Assembly: GCA_963457525.1 (NCBI GenBank)
Contig: OY734805.1
Location: forward strand, 982,984 to 1,046,983
Source of the DNA: Parvibaculaceae bacterium
Lineage (GTDB): Bacteria; Pseudomonadota; Alphaproteobacteria; JAPOUT01
Direction: 5' to 3'
DNA length: 64,000 bases
Translations under genes and position numbers: made by a program
The notes under the pieces: generated by a model
Seen by the model: only the letters and a program-made list of their open reading frames with translations
Databases searched by the model: none
Told to the model about the DNA's origin: nothing
Shown: positions 1 through 8,475 of the stretch, in pieces
How positions within the stretch are numbered: position 1 is the stretch's first letter
Layout: each line of letters opens with the position of its first letter

Positions 1-297
1 TTGAAGCCGCTGCTTCAAATCCTCAATCAGGACTTCATCGTCCTGGAGAAAGACGCGGCCGTCCTTGGTGACGGAGACGGTGAGTATCTGCTGGTCGGCG
101 GGAAGCGAAGAGCTCTCGTTGCTTTTGGGAAGGTCGATGGGGACGCCGATGCTCAACAGCGGCGCGGCAATCATGAACACGATTAACAGCACCAGCATCA
201 CGTCGACAAAGGGCGTAACGTTTATCCGGCTCATCGGCGCGGGACGAATGCCCCGTCCGGCTCCCCGGCGACTTCTTCCTTGTGCGCTTAGCGACAT
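1..297 (-). CDS. tolR: TolR/ExbD biopolymer transport protein (partial, runs off window start)
   Basis: Minus-strand translation from ATG at 297 gives MSLSAQGRSRRGAG...MSRINVTPFVDVMLVLLIVFMIAAPLL, a typical ExbD/TolR TM helix. It lies immediately downstream of tolQ. Confidence 0.7.
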   Translation of the reverse strand, partial: MSLSAQGRSRRGAGRGIRPAPMSRINVTPFVDVMLVLLIVFMIAAPLLSIGVPIDLPKSNESSSLPADQQILTVSVTKDGRVFLQDDEVLIEDLKQRLQ

Positions 298-301
298 GTG
301 A

Positions 302-1003
302 TTAACGCTCCACGTTTTCGTAAAACAGGATGCCGGTGAACTCGTCGCAGAAAAGCTCCAGGCGTGCGACATACTCCCCGACCCGCTCGTTGAAGCGGTT
401 GTAGAACACCACCGCGGGAATCGCGACGAACAATCCGAGCGCCGTGGCAAAAAGAGCTTCGGCAATTCCCGGCGCAACGACGGCGAGCGAAGTGTCGCTC
501 GAAGTCGCTATCGCCTGAAAACTGTTCATGATTCCCCAAACCGTTCCGAACAATCCGACGAAGGGGGCGGTCGCGCCGATCGTCGCCAGCGACAGCAATC
601 GTTTTTGCAGGGGGTCGGTTTCCTTCGCCAGCGCAACGCTCAAAGATCTCTCAATGTGTTTGTCGAACGTCTGCCAGCCGACATCGACTCGGACGTTTTG
701 CACGCGTCTCCATTCGCGCATCCCCACCACGAACAACATTGCCATCGGATGCGATTTGCCCTGCGTCAGGGGCTTGTATAATTTTTCCAAGGGATGTCCC
801 GACCAGAACATCTCCTCGAAATCATCCGCGAGCAGGTGAAGCCGCCGCAATTCCATGTGCTTCTGCACCACGACCGCCCACGACCACACCGATGCCGCCA
901 GCAATCCAATCAGCACCGCCTTGATGAGCAGGTCCGCCTGGAGAAACAGGGACCATATGCTTACGCCCTCAATGCGGTTTAGAGAATCCGTTATTACTTC
1001 CAT
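302..1003 (-). CDS. tolQ: TolQ/ExbB proton-channel protein
   Basis: The 233-aa product shows MotA/TolQ/ExbB motifs ([13 protein letters not shown]-like ...[19 protein letters not shown]). It forms the conserved ybgC-tolQ-tolR order. Confidence 0.85.
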   Translation of the reverse strand: MEVITDSLNRIEGVSIWSLFLQADLLIKAVLIGLLAASVWSWAVVVQKHMELRRLHLLADDFEEMFWSGHPLEKLYKPLTQGKSHPMAMLFVVGMREWRRVQNVRVDVGWQTFDKHIERSLSVALAKETDPLQKRLLSLATIGATAPFVGLFGTVWGIMNSFQAIATSSDTSLAVVAPGIAEALFATALGLFVAIPAVVFYNRFNERVGEYVARLELFCDEFTGILFYENVER

Positions 1004-1079
1004 GTTTGACCTATCGATATTGGTTGAAAGACTCCGCTTGGTTGTTTATTGCCGAATCTCGCGCTCGAAGCAAGGGTTT

Positions 1080-1535
1080 TCACGGTTCCACGGGCGAATT
1101 CCCGCGCTCCAGCGCCGCAACGAGCGCCTCGGGGAATCGTTGCGCCCGGCCGCCCGGAATCGCCGCTACCACCACCACTTTCATGCGGCAGAGGAGGTCG
1201 CTTCCGCGTCGAATCGATTGGGCCATCTCCATGCGCGCCTTGGTGAGGCGGGCGACGCGCGTTTCCACTTCCAGCATGTCCGAGATTCGAGCCGCGCCGA
1301 GGTAGTCAATCTCCATTCGATAGACCATCAGCGCGACCGCCGGAGATGTCTCGCGCATCGCGGTGTGGTCGTAGCCGCACGCGCGTAAAAAGTCCGAACG
1401 GCCGCGCTCGGCGAAGCGCACATAGGATCCGTGGTAGACGACTCCGGTGTAGTCGGTGTCCTCGTGGTACACCCGCAGCCGGAGAACATGCACGCCGTTT
1501 TTTACGGCGCCTTCGGGATTATTCGTCCGGTTCAT
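1080..1535 (-). CDS. ybgC: Tol-Pal-associated acyl-CoA thioesterase YbgC (4HBT fold)
   Basis: [29 protein letters not shown] is the 4HBT/YbgC signature. The full ORF 1080..1667 overlaps ruvB, so the internal Met (MNRTNNPEG, 35 bp upstream of the ruvB stop) was chosen. Confidence 0.7.
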   Translation of the reverse strand: MNRTNNPEGAVKNGVHVLRLRVYHEDTDYTGVVYHGSYVRFAERGRSDFLRACGYDHTAMRETSPAVALMVYRMEIDYLGAARISDMLEVETRVARLTKARMEMAQSIRRGSDLLCRMKVVVVAAIPGGRAQRFPEALVAALERGNSPVEP

Positions 1536-2601
1536 CGTCGCCGTCCTCGAAATCCAGCATCGGCGTACGCCCGGACGCCTCCGATGCAAGTGAAGCGGGA
1601 GGATCAATGCGCAGATATTCATAGGCGCTGCGCGCGGCCATTCGTCCGCGGGACGTTCGCAGCACAAACCCCTGCTGCATCAGGTAGGGCTCGATGATGT
1701 CCTCAACGGTGTCGCGCGGCTCGTTCAACATCGCCGCGAGAGTTTCGCCGCCGACGGGCCCGCCGTTAAAAGTATCGGCAAGGGCGCGCAGGTAGTTTCT
1801 GTCCATCTCGTCGAGGCCGCGCTCGTCGACTTCCATGCGCCGCAGCGCTTCATCGGCGATGGAGGCGTCAATCTCGGTCTTCCCGCCGACAAGCGCGAAG
1901 TCCCGAACGCGTCGAAGCAGCCTGTCGGCGATGCGCGGTGTTCCGCGCGCGCGCCGCGCTATCTCGGATACGCCCTCGGATGTAATCCGGATGTCGAGGA
2001 TGTTCGCGCCCCTTGCGACGATGCGGCACAATTCGGCTTCATTGTAGAAGTTAAGCCGTATGGGTATGCCGAAGCGGTCGCGCAGAGGCGTTGTCAGCAG
2101 GCCGGTTCGCGTCGTTGCGGCTATCAGCGTGAAGGGCGCGAGGTCGATGCGCACCGAACGCGCTCCCGGCCCCGAGCCGAGAATAAGATCGAGCTGCCGG
2201 TCTTCCATTGCGGGATAGAGCAGTTCCTCGACGCTGGGGGAAAGCCGGTGAATCTCATCGATGAAGAGAACGTCGCGGCGGTTTAAATTCGTCAGCAGCG
2301 CGGCAAGGTCGCCGCCTTTCTGCAGCACCGGTCCCGAAGTCGCATGAAGGTTTACGCCCAACTCGTTGGCGACAATGCGTGCAAGAGTCGTCTTGCCGAG
2401 TCCGGCGGGCCCGACCAGCAGAAGATGGTCCATCGCCTCGCCGCGCGAGCTTGCCGCCTTGATGAAGACGCCGAGGTTTTCCCGCGCGCGTTCCTGCCCG
2501 AGAAATTGCTCCAGCAATTGCGGCCGCGTGGTCATCTCGGCGGCGACGTCCCCCGCGCCCTCGCCGTCATGATTCTCGGGACTTACCAAACGCTCGGACA
2601 T
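1519..2601 (-). CDS. ruvB: Holliday junction branch-migration ATPase RuvB
   Basis: Walker [23 protein letters not shown] and Walker [11 protein letters not shown] are present. The length is 360 aa. Confidence 0.95.
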   Translation of the reverse strand: MSERLVSPENHDGEGAGDVAAEMTTRPQLLEQFLGQERARENLGVFIKAASSRGEAMDHLLLVGPAGLGKTTLARIVANELGVNLHATSGPVLQKGGDLAALLTNLNRRDVLFIDEIHRLSPSVEELLYPAMEDRQLDLILGSGPGARSVRIDLAPFTLIAATTRTGLLTTPLRDRFGIPIRLNFYNEAELCRIVARGANILDIRITSEGVSEIARRARGTPRIADRLLRRVRDFALVGGKTEIDASIADEALRRMEVDERGLDEMDRNYLRALADTFNGGPVGGETLAAMLNEPRDTVEDIIEPYLMQQGFVLRTSRGRMAARSAYEYLRIDPPASLASEASGRTPMLDFEDGDDEPDE

Positions 2602-2611
2602 GGCTGCTTTC

Positions 2612-3229
2612 TCACGACGCCTTCGACAACAGTCGCAAACCCGCGCGAATCAACTCGGCGATGTTGATGTCGCCGTCCGCTTCGTCCGACTGCAGCACCC
2701 GCGCAATCGCGTCATGGGCCTGCGCGCGCGGATAGCCCAACCCTATCAACGCCGCGACGGCATCCTTGCGCTTGCGCACGCCGGCTTCGTCTTCCGCGTA
2801 AACCGCGGTATCGCCGCCGGGAGTTTCGGGAAGGTCCTTGTCTTTCAACTCGCTGGTGATGCGGCGGGCGAGGCGCGGACCGATGCCCGGCGCGTTTGTG
2901 AGGCGCGCCGAATCGTCCGCCCGCACGGATTGTGCCAGCGCCTCGGGCGAGAGCATTCCCAGCAGTGCGAGCGCCATGCGGGCGCCGATGCCCTGGACGC
3001 CCAGCAGCAGCACGAACCAGTCGCGCTCGCCCTCGTCGCTGAAACCATACAAGCGCGCCCTGTCCTCCTGCGTGATTTGCTCGGTCAGCAGACTGGCTTC
3101 TTCGCCGGCGATGGGCAGCGCGCTTAAAGTTCGCGCGGAACATTCCACCCGGTATCCGACGCCGCCGACGTCAAGAATGGCAAAGTTCGCGCCAATCTCG
3201 TCAATCCGGCCGCGCAGTTTCGCGATCAT
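2612..3229 (-). CDS. ruvA: Holliday junction DNA helicase RuvA
   Basis: [28 protein letters not shown]... matches the RuvA N-terminal OB domain. HhH motifs are present and it sits in ruvCAB order. Confidence 0.9.
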   Translation of the reverse strand: MIAKLRGRIDEIGANFAILDVGGVGYRVECSARTLSALPIAGEEASLLTEQITQEDRARLYGFSDEGERDWFVLLLGVQGIGARMALALLGMLSPEALAQSVRADDSARLTNAPGIGPRLARRITSELKDKDLPETPGGDTAVYAEDEAGVRKRKDAVAALIGLGYPRAQAHDAIARVLQSDEADGDINIAELIRAGLRLLSKAS

Positions 3230-3759
3230 CGTGCCGCCGCCGATGCCGCCGCCCGGGCGGCTTGCTTTGCGCGCTCAAGGGGACGATGCTGCGCGTGACA
3301 GATGGCGACCGCGAGCGCGTCGGAGGCGTGCTCCGAATCCCCCGCAACGCCTGCAAGCAAACGCGCGACCATGTGGCGCACCTGCTGCTTGTCGGCGTGA
3401 CCGTAACCGACCACGGAGCTCTTGACCAGATTGGGCGCATATTCGCGTATGGGAATGCCGGCTTTTCCCGCGGTGATCATGCAGACGCCGCAGACTTTGC
3501 CGAGTTTCAATGCGGCGTTGGCGTCCAGATGGAAAAAACTGCTCTCCATTGCAATCTCGCTCGGCCGGAAGCGTTCGAAGACTTCCTGCAGCTTGTTGGA
3601 GATTTCCAGCAGGCGCGCCGATGTATCTTCGCCGCGCTTGGAGCGTATCGTTCCGTCGGATACGTGGCGCAGCCGCGTGCCTTGCGCCTCGATAACCCCC
3701 CAGCCCGTCGCCTGCAGGCCCGGATCGAGTCCCAACAATAACAAACCGTCCTTAGCCAT
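3226..3759 (-). CDS. ruvC: Crossover junction endodeoxyribonuclease RuvC
   Basis: LGLDPGLQATGWGVIE and the catalytic-Asp context are present. It overlaps ruvA by 4 bp. Confidence 0.9.
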   Translation of the reverse strand: MAKDGLLLLGLDPGLQATGWGVIEAQGTRLRHVSDGTIRSKRGEDTSARLLEISNKLQEVFERFRPSEIAMESSFFHLDANAALKLGKVCGVCMITAGKAGIPIREYAPNLVKSSVVGYGHADKQQVRHMVARLLAGVAGDSEHASDALAVAICHAQHRPLERAKQAARAAASAAAR

Positions 3760-4501
3760 CCGCCGAGATTCTCTCCATTATTTCGTCCGACATATCGAAG
3801 TTTGAATAAACTTGCTGGACGTCGTCGCTGTCTTCAAGGGCATCCAGCAATTTGAGCAGCGGGGCCGCATCCTCTTCGCCGACCGCAACGGACGTGTTCG
3901 CGCGCCATGCCAGACGGGTCGACTCCGCCGAACCGAAGCGCGACTCCAGCGCGCCGGAGACATCGTGGAGCGCGTCCGGCTCGCAGAAGAATTCGCAGGA
4001 CCCGTTCTCCAAAACATAATCGCTTGCGCCCGCGTCAATGGCCGCCTCGAGCATTTCGTCGCCTTTGGCGTCTTTGATCGAATGGACAATCGATCCGACC
4101 TGCTCGAACAGGAACGACACCGAACCCCTCTCTCCCATCGAGCCGCCCAGTTTGCCGAAGATGGCGCGCAACTCTCCCGCGGTGCGGTTGCGGTTGTTGG
4201 TGAGCGCTTCGACGATGACGCCGACGCCTCCGGGGGCGAAGCCTTCGTAGCGAATCGATTCATAATTGGCGGCATCGTCGTCGCGGGAGCGCTTGATGGC
4301 GCGCTCGATGTTGTCGTTGGGCATGTTGCACCCGCGCGCGTTGGCAATGGCCGAGCGCAGTCTCGGGTTGGCGGCGGGATCCGGGTTGGAGCGCGCGGCC
4401 GCGGTGATTTCGCGGGCGATCTTGCCGAACATGCCCGCACGTTTTTTGTCTTGCGCGCTTTTGCGGAATTGAATGTTTTTGAACTTTGAATGTCCCGCCA
4501 T
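3752..4501 (-). CDS. yebC: YebC/PmpR-family transcriptional regulator
   Basis: MAGHSKFKNIQFRKSAQDKKRAGMFGKIAREI is the hallmark YebC N-terminus. The position upstream of ruvC is conserved. Confidence 0.9.
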   Translation of the reverse strand: MAGHSKFKNIQFRKSAQDKKRAGMFGKIAREITAAARSNPDPAANPRLRSAIANARGCNMPNDNIERAIKRSRDDDAANYESIRYEGFAPGGVGVIVEALTNNRNRTAGELRAIFGKLGGSMGERGSVSFLFEQVGSIVHSIKDAKGDEMLEAAIDAGASDYVLENGSCEFFCEPDALHDVSGALESRFGSAESTRLAWRANTSVAVGEEDAAPLLKLLDALEDSDDVQQVYSNFDMSDEIMERISADG

Positions 4502-4503
4502 GG

Positions 4504-5325
4504 TTATGCCTCCCAGCGGGGGACGTTCTCGACGAGGTTGGCGCCGATGCGCAAAGGTTCAATTCGAACGGCGAGTCCCGTGCGGTCGTCGGTTTCGATC
4601 AACACGCCGCACAAAGTCGCCTCTCCCAGCGCCGGCGAGAAACTTCCCGAGGACATGGAACGGGTGAACCGCCGCAGGGGTTCGTCGATGTTCATGCCGA
4701 TGACGGAGTTGTAATCGCCGCACATGCCCGCATCGGTTTGGTATGCGGTTCCTCCGGGGAGGATTTGCGCGTCCGCGGTCGGAACGTGGGAATGGGTTCC
4801 GACCACCAGGGAAACATGGCTGTCGCAGAAATGCCCCATTGCCATTTTTTCGGCGGTGGCTTCGGCGTGAAAGTCGACGATGACGGCGTCGCAGTCGCGT
4901 CCGAGTGCGTGGTGTTTCAAGATTTCCTCCATGACCTGAAAGGGGTTGTCGAGAGCTTCCATGAAGATGCGGCCCATCAGATTGACGGTAAGCACGCGCT
5001 TGCCCGCCGCGGTTTCAAGGAGATGGTATCCGGACCCCGGAGTTCCCTGCGGGAAATTCGCCGGACGCAGCACCCGGGGCTCGCGCTCCATGTAGGGGAT
5101 GATTTCGCGCCTGTCCCAGACGTGGTTGCCGGTGGTGATGATGTCGATGCCGGCATCCAGCAGGTTTTCGGAAATTTTTTCGGTGATTCCGAATCCGCCC
5201 GCGGCGTTTTCGCCGTTGGCGATGACGAACTCGGCGCCGAGACGCTTGCGCAGACCGGCAATGCGTTGCAACAGCAACCCCCGGCCGCTTCGCCCCATGA
5301 TGTCTCCGAGAAAAAGAATCTTCAT
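4504..5325 (-). CDS. YmdB-like metallophosphoesterase (TIGR00282 family)
   Basis: MKILFLGDIMGRSGR...GNHVWD...VDFHAE are calcineurin-like motifs. The family assignment is by resemblance. Confidence 0.7.
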   Translation of the reverse strand: MKILFLGDIMGRSGRGLLLQRIAGLRKRLGAEFVIANGENAAGGFGITEKISENLLDAGIDIITTGNHVWDRREIIPYMEREPRVLRPANFPQGTPGSGYHLLETAAGKRVLTVNLMGRIFMEALDNPFQVMEEILKHHALGRDCDAVIVDFHAEATAEKMAMGHFCDSHVSLVVGTHSHVPTADAQILPGGTAYQTDAGMCGDYNSVIGMNIDEPLRRFTRSMSSGSFSPALGEATLCGVLIETDDRTGLAVRIEPLRIGANLVENVPRWEA

Positions 5326-5933
5326 GCGCGGTCCTCCCGTACGGAAACGACGCCGTCGGGCGTGAGGACGGCATCAAGGGGCTGGTCGTGCGGCTCGCGG
5401 GGAACCGCATCGATTTCCTGCTCGTTGAACGCCAAACCGAAGGCGCGCACGCGGGGATTTTTTGCGCGCATTTTTTCAAGGGCGCGGTCGTAATAGCCTC
5501 CGCCGTAACCGAGACGGAATCCGTCGCGGTCGAACGCCAGCAAGGGCACCAGCAAAATGTCGGGCTCTTTTAGAATTCCGTTTTCGGCGGGGGGAACGGG
5601 AATGTCGAACGCGCCGTCCGTCAAAGACGCGTCCGGAGTCCAAAAACGAAATTCCATCTCCGGCGTGTCCGCCTCGATGATTGCCGGAAGCGCAAGGGTG
5701 AATCCTTTTTGATGGAGAGCGTTCAAAAGGGGACGCGAGTCTATCTCGCCGCGCACGGGCAAATAACCGGTGATGTTTTTATCCGTCCCGGAACCCTCGA
5801 GCATGCCGAGTCCCGTCCGTGCGAGGCCTTCGGCGGCGGCATCAACGTTCCGTACGGATTTGCGCCGTTCGAACGCCTCGCGGCGCAATGCCTTCTTGTC
5901 GCGTTTGAGATTGGCTGGTACGGGCGAGAGCAT
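5322..5933 (-). CDS. 5-formyltetrahydrofolate cyclo-ligase
   Basis: The GYGGGYYDR motif is present in a 203-aa product. It overlaps the upstream gene by 4 bp. Confidence 0.8.
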   Translation of the reverse strand: MLSPVPANLKRDKKALRREAFERRKSVRNVDAAAEGLARTGLGMLEGSGTDKNITGYLPVRGEIDSRPLLNALHQKGFTLALPAIIEADTPEMEFRFWTPDASLTDGAFDIPVPPAENGILKEPDILLVPLLAFDRDGFRLGYGGGYYDRALEKMRAKNPRVRAFGLAFNEQEIDAVPREPHDQPLDAVLTPDGVVSVREDRA

Positions 5934-5936
5934 CCG

Positions 5937-6353
5937 CTAATCCGTGCGCTCTTCGTCCCGTGCCTCCTCCTGTTCGAGCAGATCGCTGAGGGTCTCGAGG
6001 CGTTGCGATGTGGCCTGGATGCGCTCGGCGATTTCGCTGTCGCCGCCTTCCTCTCCGCCGCCCCCGCCATTGCCATTGCCGTCAAAGCGCATTTGGTCGG
6101 GATTTTCCCCGTCGTCGGATTTTTTCTTGCCGCCGACGCGCTGGAGTTTCTCCTGGGCTTCGAGCAGTTCGTCGGCGACGGTCATGCCCGTCATTAACAG
6201 AAGTTGCGCATCGGGCATGTTTCCCAGCCGGGCGACCAACCGTGCTGCATGGCGATTGATGTGTGCCGCAAGAAAATGCGCTCTGCGCTCTTCACCTTCC
6301 GGACATTCCACCGAGTAGGATCGTCCTTGAATGCGGATGTCCACCTGCGGCAT
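5937..6353 (-). CDS. zapA: Z-ring-associated protein ZapA
   Basis: MPQVDIRIQGRSYSVECPEGEE...L..AA.IN is a ZapA N-domain followed by a coiled-coil tail. Synteny with 5-FCL matches E. coli zapA-(ssrS)-ygfA. Confidence 0.75.
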   Translation of the reverse strand: MPQVDIRIQGRSYSVECPEGEERRAHFLAAHINRHAARLVARLGNMPDAQLLLMTGMTVADELLEAQEKLQRVGGKKKSDDGENPDQMRFDGNGNGGGGGEEGGDSEIAERIQATSQRLETLSDLLEQEEARDEERTD

Positions 6354-6356
6354 GTC

Positions 6357-6614
6357 TTAAGCCTCCGATAGAGCCGTGCGAATTTCCCGGGTTGCCTGAA
6401 TGATTCGTCCGCCGTTTTCATGCGCACGTTTGCGTTCGCGATCGAGTTCGCTTTGCAAATGCGAGACTCGATTCTCCAAAGTCTCCTTGCTCGAGCGCAG
6501 GGATTTTATTTCTTGTGCGTCTCTTTCACGCGCTTGGAGTGCTTTCTCCAAACTCGTTGCGGCTCGCTCCAATGCTTTAAGCGCGTTGGTGTTTATGTCA
6601 TCGGGGGCGTTCAT
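6357..6614 (-). CDS. Small coiled-coil protein (DUF4164/ZauP-like zapA neighbour)
   Basis: The 85-aa product from the internal Met is heptad-rich (LEKALQARERDAQEIKSLRSSKETLENRVSHLQSELDRERK). The longer ORF overlaps the upstream gene. Confidence 0.4.
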   Translation of the reverse strand: MNAPDDINTNALKALERAATSLEKALQARERDAQEIKSLRSSKETLENRVSHLQSELDRERKRAHENGGRIIQATREIRTALSEA

Positions 6615-6705
6615 GGCTAGGGGAGAGCATACCCTCCATAGTTCCATTGCGTCAAGATGGAAACGTAGGGCGTGGGAGCAAGCGAGCCGCGCGCAAAATT
6701 GCGCC

Positions 6706-7926
6706 TTATATGACCTGCCCGGTTTGACGTTGCACGAACTCGGCCATGAGAGGTAACGCAAGGGCGTATTTGCCGTGACGATTGCGTTGGACAAATCCCT
6801 TTTGAATTAACAGATTCAGCATTTGCACGACATGGCTGGCGGAAAAACTTTTTTCCAAATCTTTTCCGGATTGTTCGGCAATTTCTTGAGCCGTAAATTC
6901 GCCTTCCAAAGTTTCTATGTTTGCAATGACCCGTATGAAATCACGTTGCCTGTCCGTCATCCGATCCCATCTTGGTGCAAAAAAATCTTGATCAAGTTTG
7001 CTTATGATTTCCCGGAACGGAATAGCGGGTTCTTGAAAAACGTCACCTCCGAGTATGTCAAATATCTCTTTGCAAATATATTGCAGGAAATAAGGATAGC
7101 CTCCGGAAAATTGAACGATGCCGTCTATGGTTGGCGCGGAAAGTCGAACCGGATTTTTTGTGAGTTCTATCGGCTTTTCGATTGCATCGCGAGCATCGCG
7201 GTCACTCAATTTGTCGAGGGTCAGAACTTCGAACATTCGCTCCGTATAGGTTCTCGCCTCATTAAGCCTTGGGAATAATACGGGCAACCCGGAAAAAATT
7301 ATCATAACCGGTGTGGTGCTGTGGTCGCGTTGCAGGGTTGAAAAGACATCCAGTAGCGTAGAAAGCGGGTACTGGCCGTTTTTTTCTTGATCCGATAGAT
7401 TTTGCGCTTCATCGTAAGCAAAAATAATCCCCTGTACGCTGCCGCCGTCCAGGAGATTCCGGGCGGTTTGAATCACCGCTTTGAGCTTGTCCCCCGTCAG
7501 CCCCGGCGTGCTTTCATAAATTCCCCATAAATCGCCGAAATCCAGGGGTATTTCGGTTTCCGTCTTCTCGGCGTTTTGGGAAGATGAGAACCCTACCGGG
7601 TTTTTTGATTGCCGTTTGCTGATGCGCGGGGTGAGGACCGAGGTCAGATCCGCCACAATGCGGCGAGCCATGTTTTCTTCCGTCATGCTTGCGGATTCGG
7701 AAATTTCGTTGTTTGCCCAGAGCCAGTGCTGCTCGTATGCAATCGGTTTGAACTCCTCCAACAAAACCGTTTTTCCGATACCGCGCAATCCCGTCAATAT
7801 CAGGTTCTTAAGAACCGGTCTTTGCTCGAGGATTTGCTTGAATTTATCCCGCTCTTTTGTTCTTCCGGCCAGGTAAACGGGTTGCTGCCCTGCCCCCGGA
7901 CGAAAGGGGTTTTGGTGTATTGCCAT
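6706..7926 (-). CDS. AAA+ ATPase of the PF01637/AAA_16 family with C-terminal wHTH-like region
   Basis: It contains NPFRPGAGQQPVYLAGRTKE, Walker A LTGLRGIGKT and Walker B IIFAYDEAQNL. The internal start at 7926 was chosen over the ORF start at 8388. Confidence 0.6.
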   Translation of the reverse strand: MAIHQNPFRPGAGQQPVYLAGRTKERDKFKQILEQRPVLKNLILTGLRGIGKTVLLEEFKPIAYEQHWLWANNEISESASMTEENMARRIVADLTSVLTPRISKRQSKNPVGFSSSQNAEKTETEIPLDFGDLWGIYESTPGLTGDKLKAVIQTARNLLDGGSVQGIIFAYDEAQNLSDQEKNGQYPLSTLLDVFSTLQRDHSTTPVMIIFSGLPVLFPRLNEARTYTERMFEVLTLDKLSDRDARDAIEKPIELTKNPVRLSAPTIDGIVQFSGGYPYFLQYICKEIFDILGGDVFQEPAIPFREIISKLDQDFFAPRWDRMTDRQRDFIRVIANIETLEGEFTAQEIAEQSGKDLEKSFSASHVVQMLNLLIQKGFVQRNRHGKYALALPLMAEFVQRQTGQVI

Positions 7927-8475
7927 GTCTGTGCCCGTTATTAAGTAAAATGTTGAGTAGAGCCTAAATTTAGCACAAATACTAAATTTGTCTAATAAAA
8001 AAATCGAACGCGAAAAACCGCGAAATTCCGAGGAAATATACCCTTCTTCAGCCAAAATCCGTTGCGATTCGCATTTCGACTCTGATTCGCAGAGGCATGT
8101 TTGCAGCCTGATTCGGCGGGCGAAGGGGACCGATTCGCCCCCCGGCCGGATGGTGTTTCGCCGTGGCGGGAATCGCGGGAGCGCAACCAAATCAGGGGTC
8201 TTGGCTCGGACGGGGCTTCTTGGTTGGAGTCGCATCTCAATCCGTCCGCGTCCTTTCCTCGCGCCGGAAAAAGGAGAAAGGAACCCGCCTTTTCGGACCG
8301 GCTTCCCCTTGACTTGCGTGGCTGTTGGGTTCACTCTTATGGGGTGAGACCTCGAATGTCCAAGGAACTCGGGGAACTCGCGCATCACACCACCGCCAAC
8401 GCATTCGGGTTACCTTAACACTGTGAGTATTTCCTCCTGCGCTTCTCTTTCGGATTTTGACGCCGCTTCTCGAAA
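7927..8475. other. 550-bp non-coding region upstream of tkt (AT-rich 5' part, GC-rich 3' part; candidate promoter, leader or sRNA)
   Basis: No credible ORF is present. The segment 7930-8000 is AT-rich and the rest is GC-rich with stem-forming runs. Confidence 0.3.

Noticed and set aside
1080-1667. Full-length ORFs with N-terminal extensions: ybgC 1080..1667, ATPase 6706..8388, fba 13197.., thiE 14192.., coaBC ..44879, ubiE ..47011, cysK ..42471, ALDH 57886.. and fic 61487...
   Set aside because: The extensions overlap the preceding gene and lack family homology. Internal Met codons that coincide with the conserved protein N-termini were chosen instead.
4486-5493. Long antisense or alternative-frame ORFs throughout the window. 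Examples are 3778..4440(-), 4486..5493(+), 11182..12252(-), 12465..13247(-), 15913..17220(+), 19243..20688(+), 21634..22611(+), 24280..25527(-), 26707..27825(-), 27362..29011(-), 50027..51061(-) and 53416..54297(-).
   Set aside because: Each overlaps, on the other strand or in another frame, a gene with clear family motifs. Their translations are Arg/Ala/Pro-rich low-complexity sequence, typical of stop-poor shadow frames in ~62% GC DNA.
7927-8475. TPP riboswitch or other known riboswitch in the long leader upstream of tkt.
   Set aside because: I looked for the TPP aptamer cores (CUGAGA and the GGGGUGCCC-type pyrimidine-sensor helix) and for glycine or SAM motifs. None was recognisable, so the region is kept only as an unexplained non-coding stretch.
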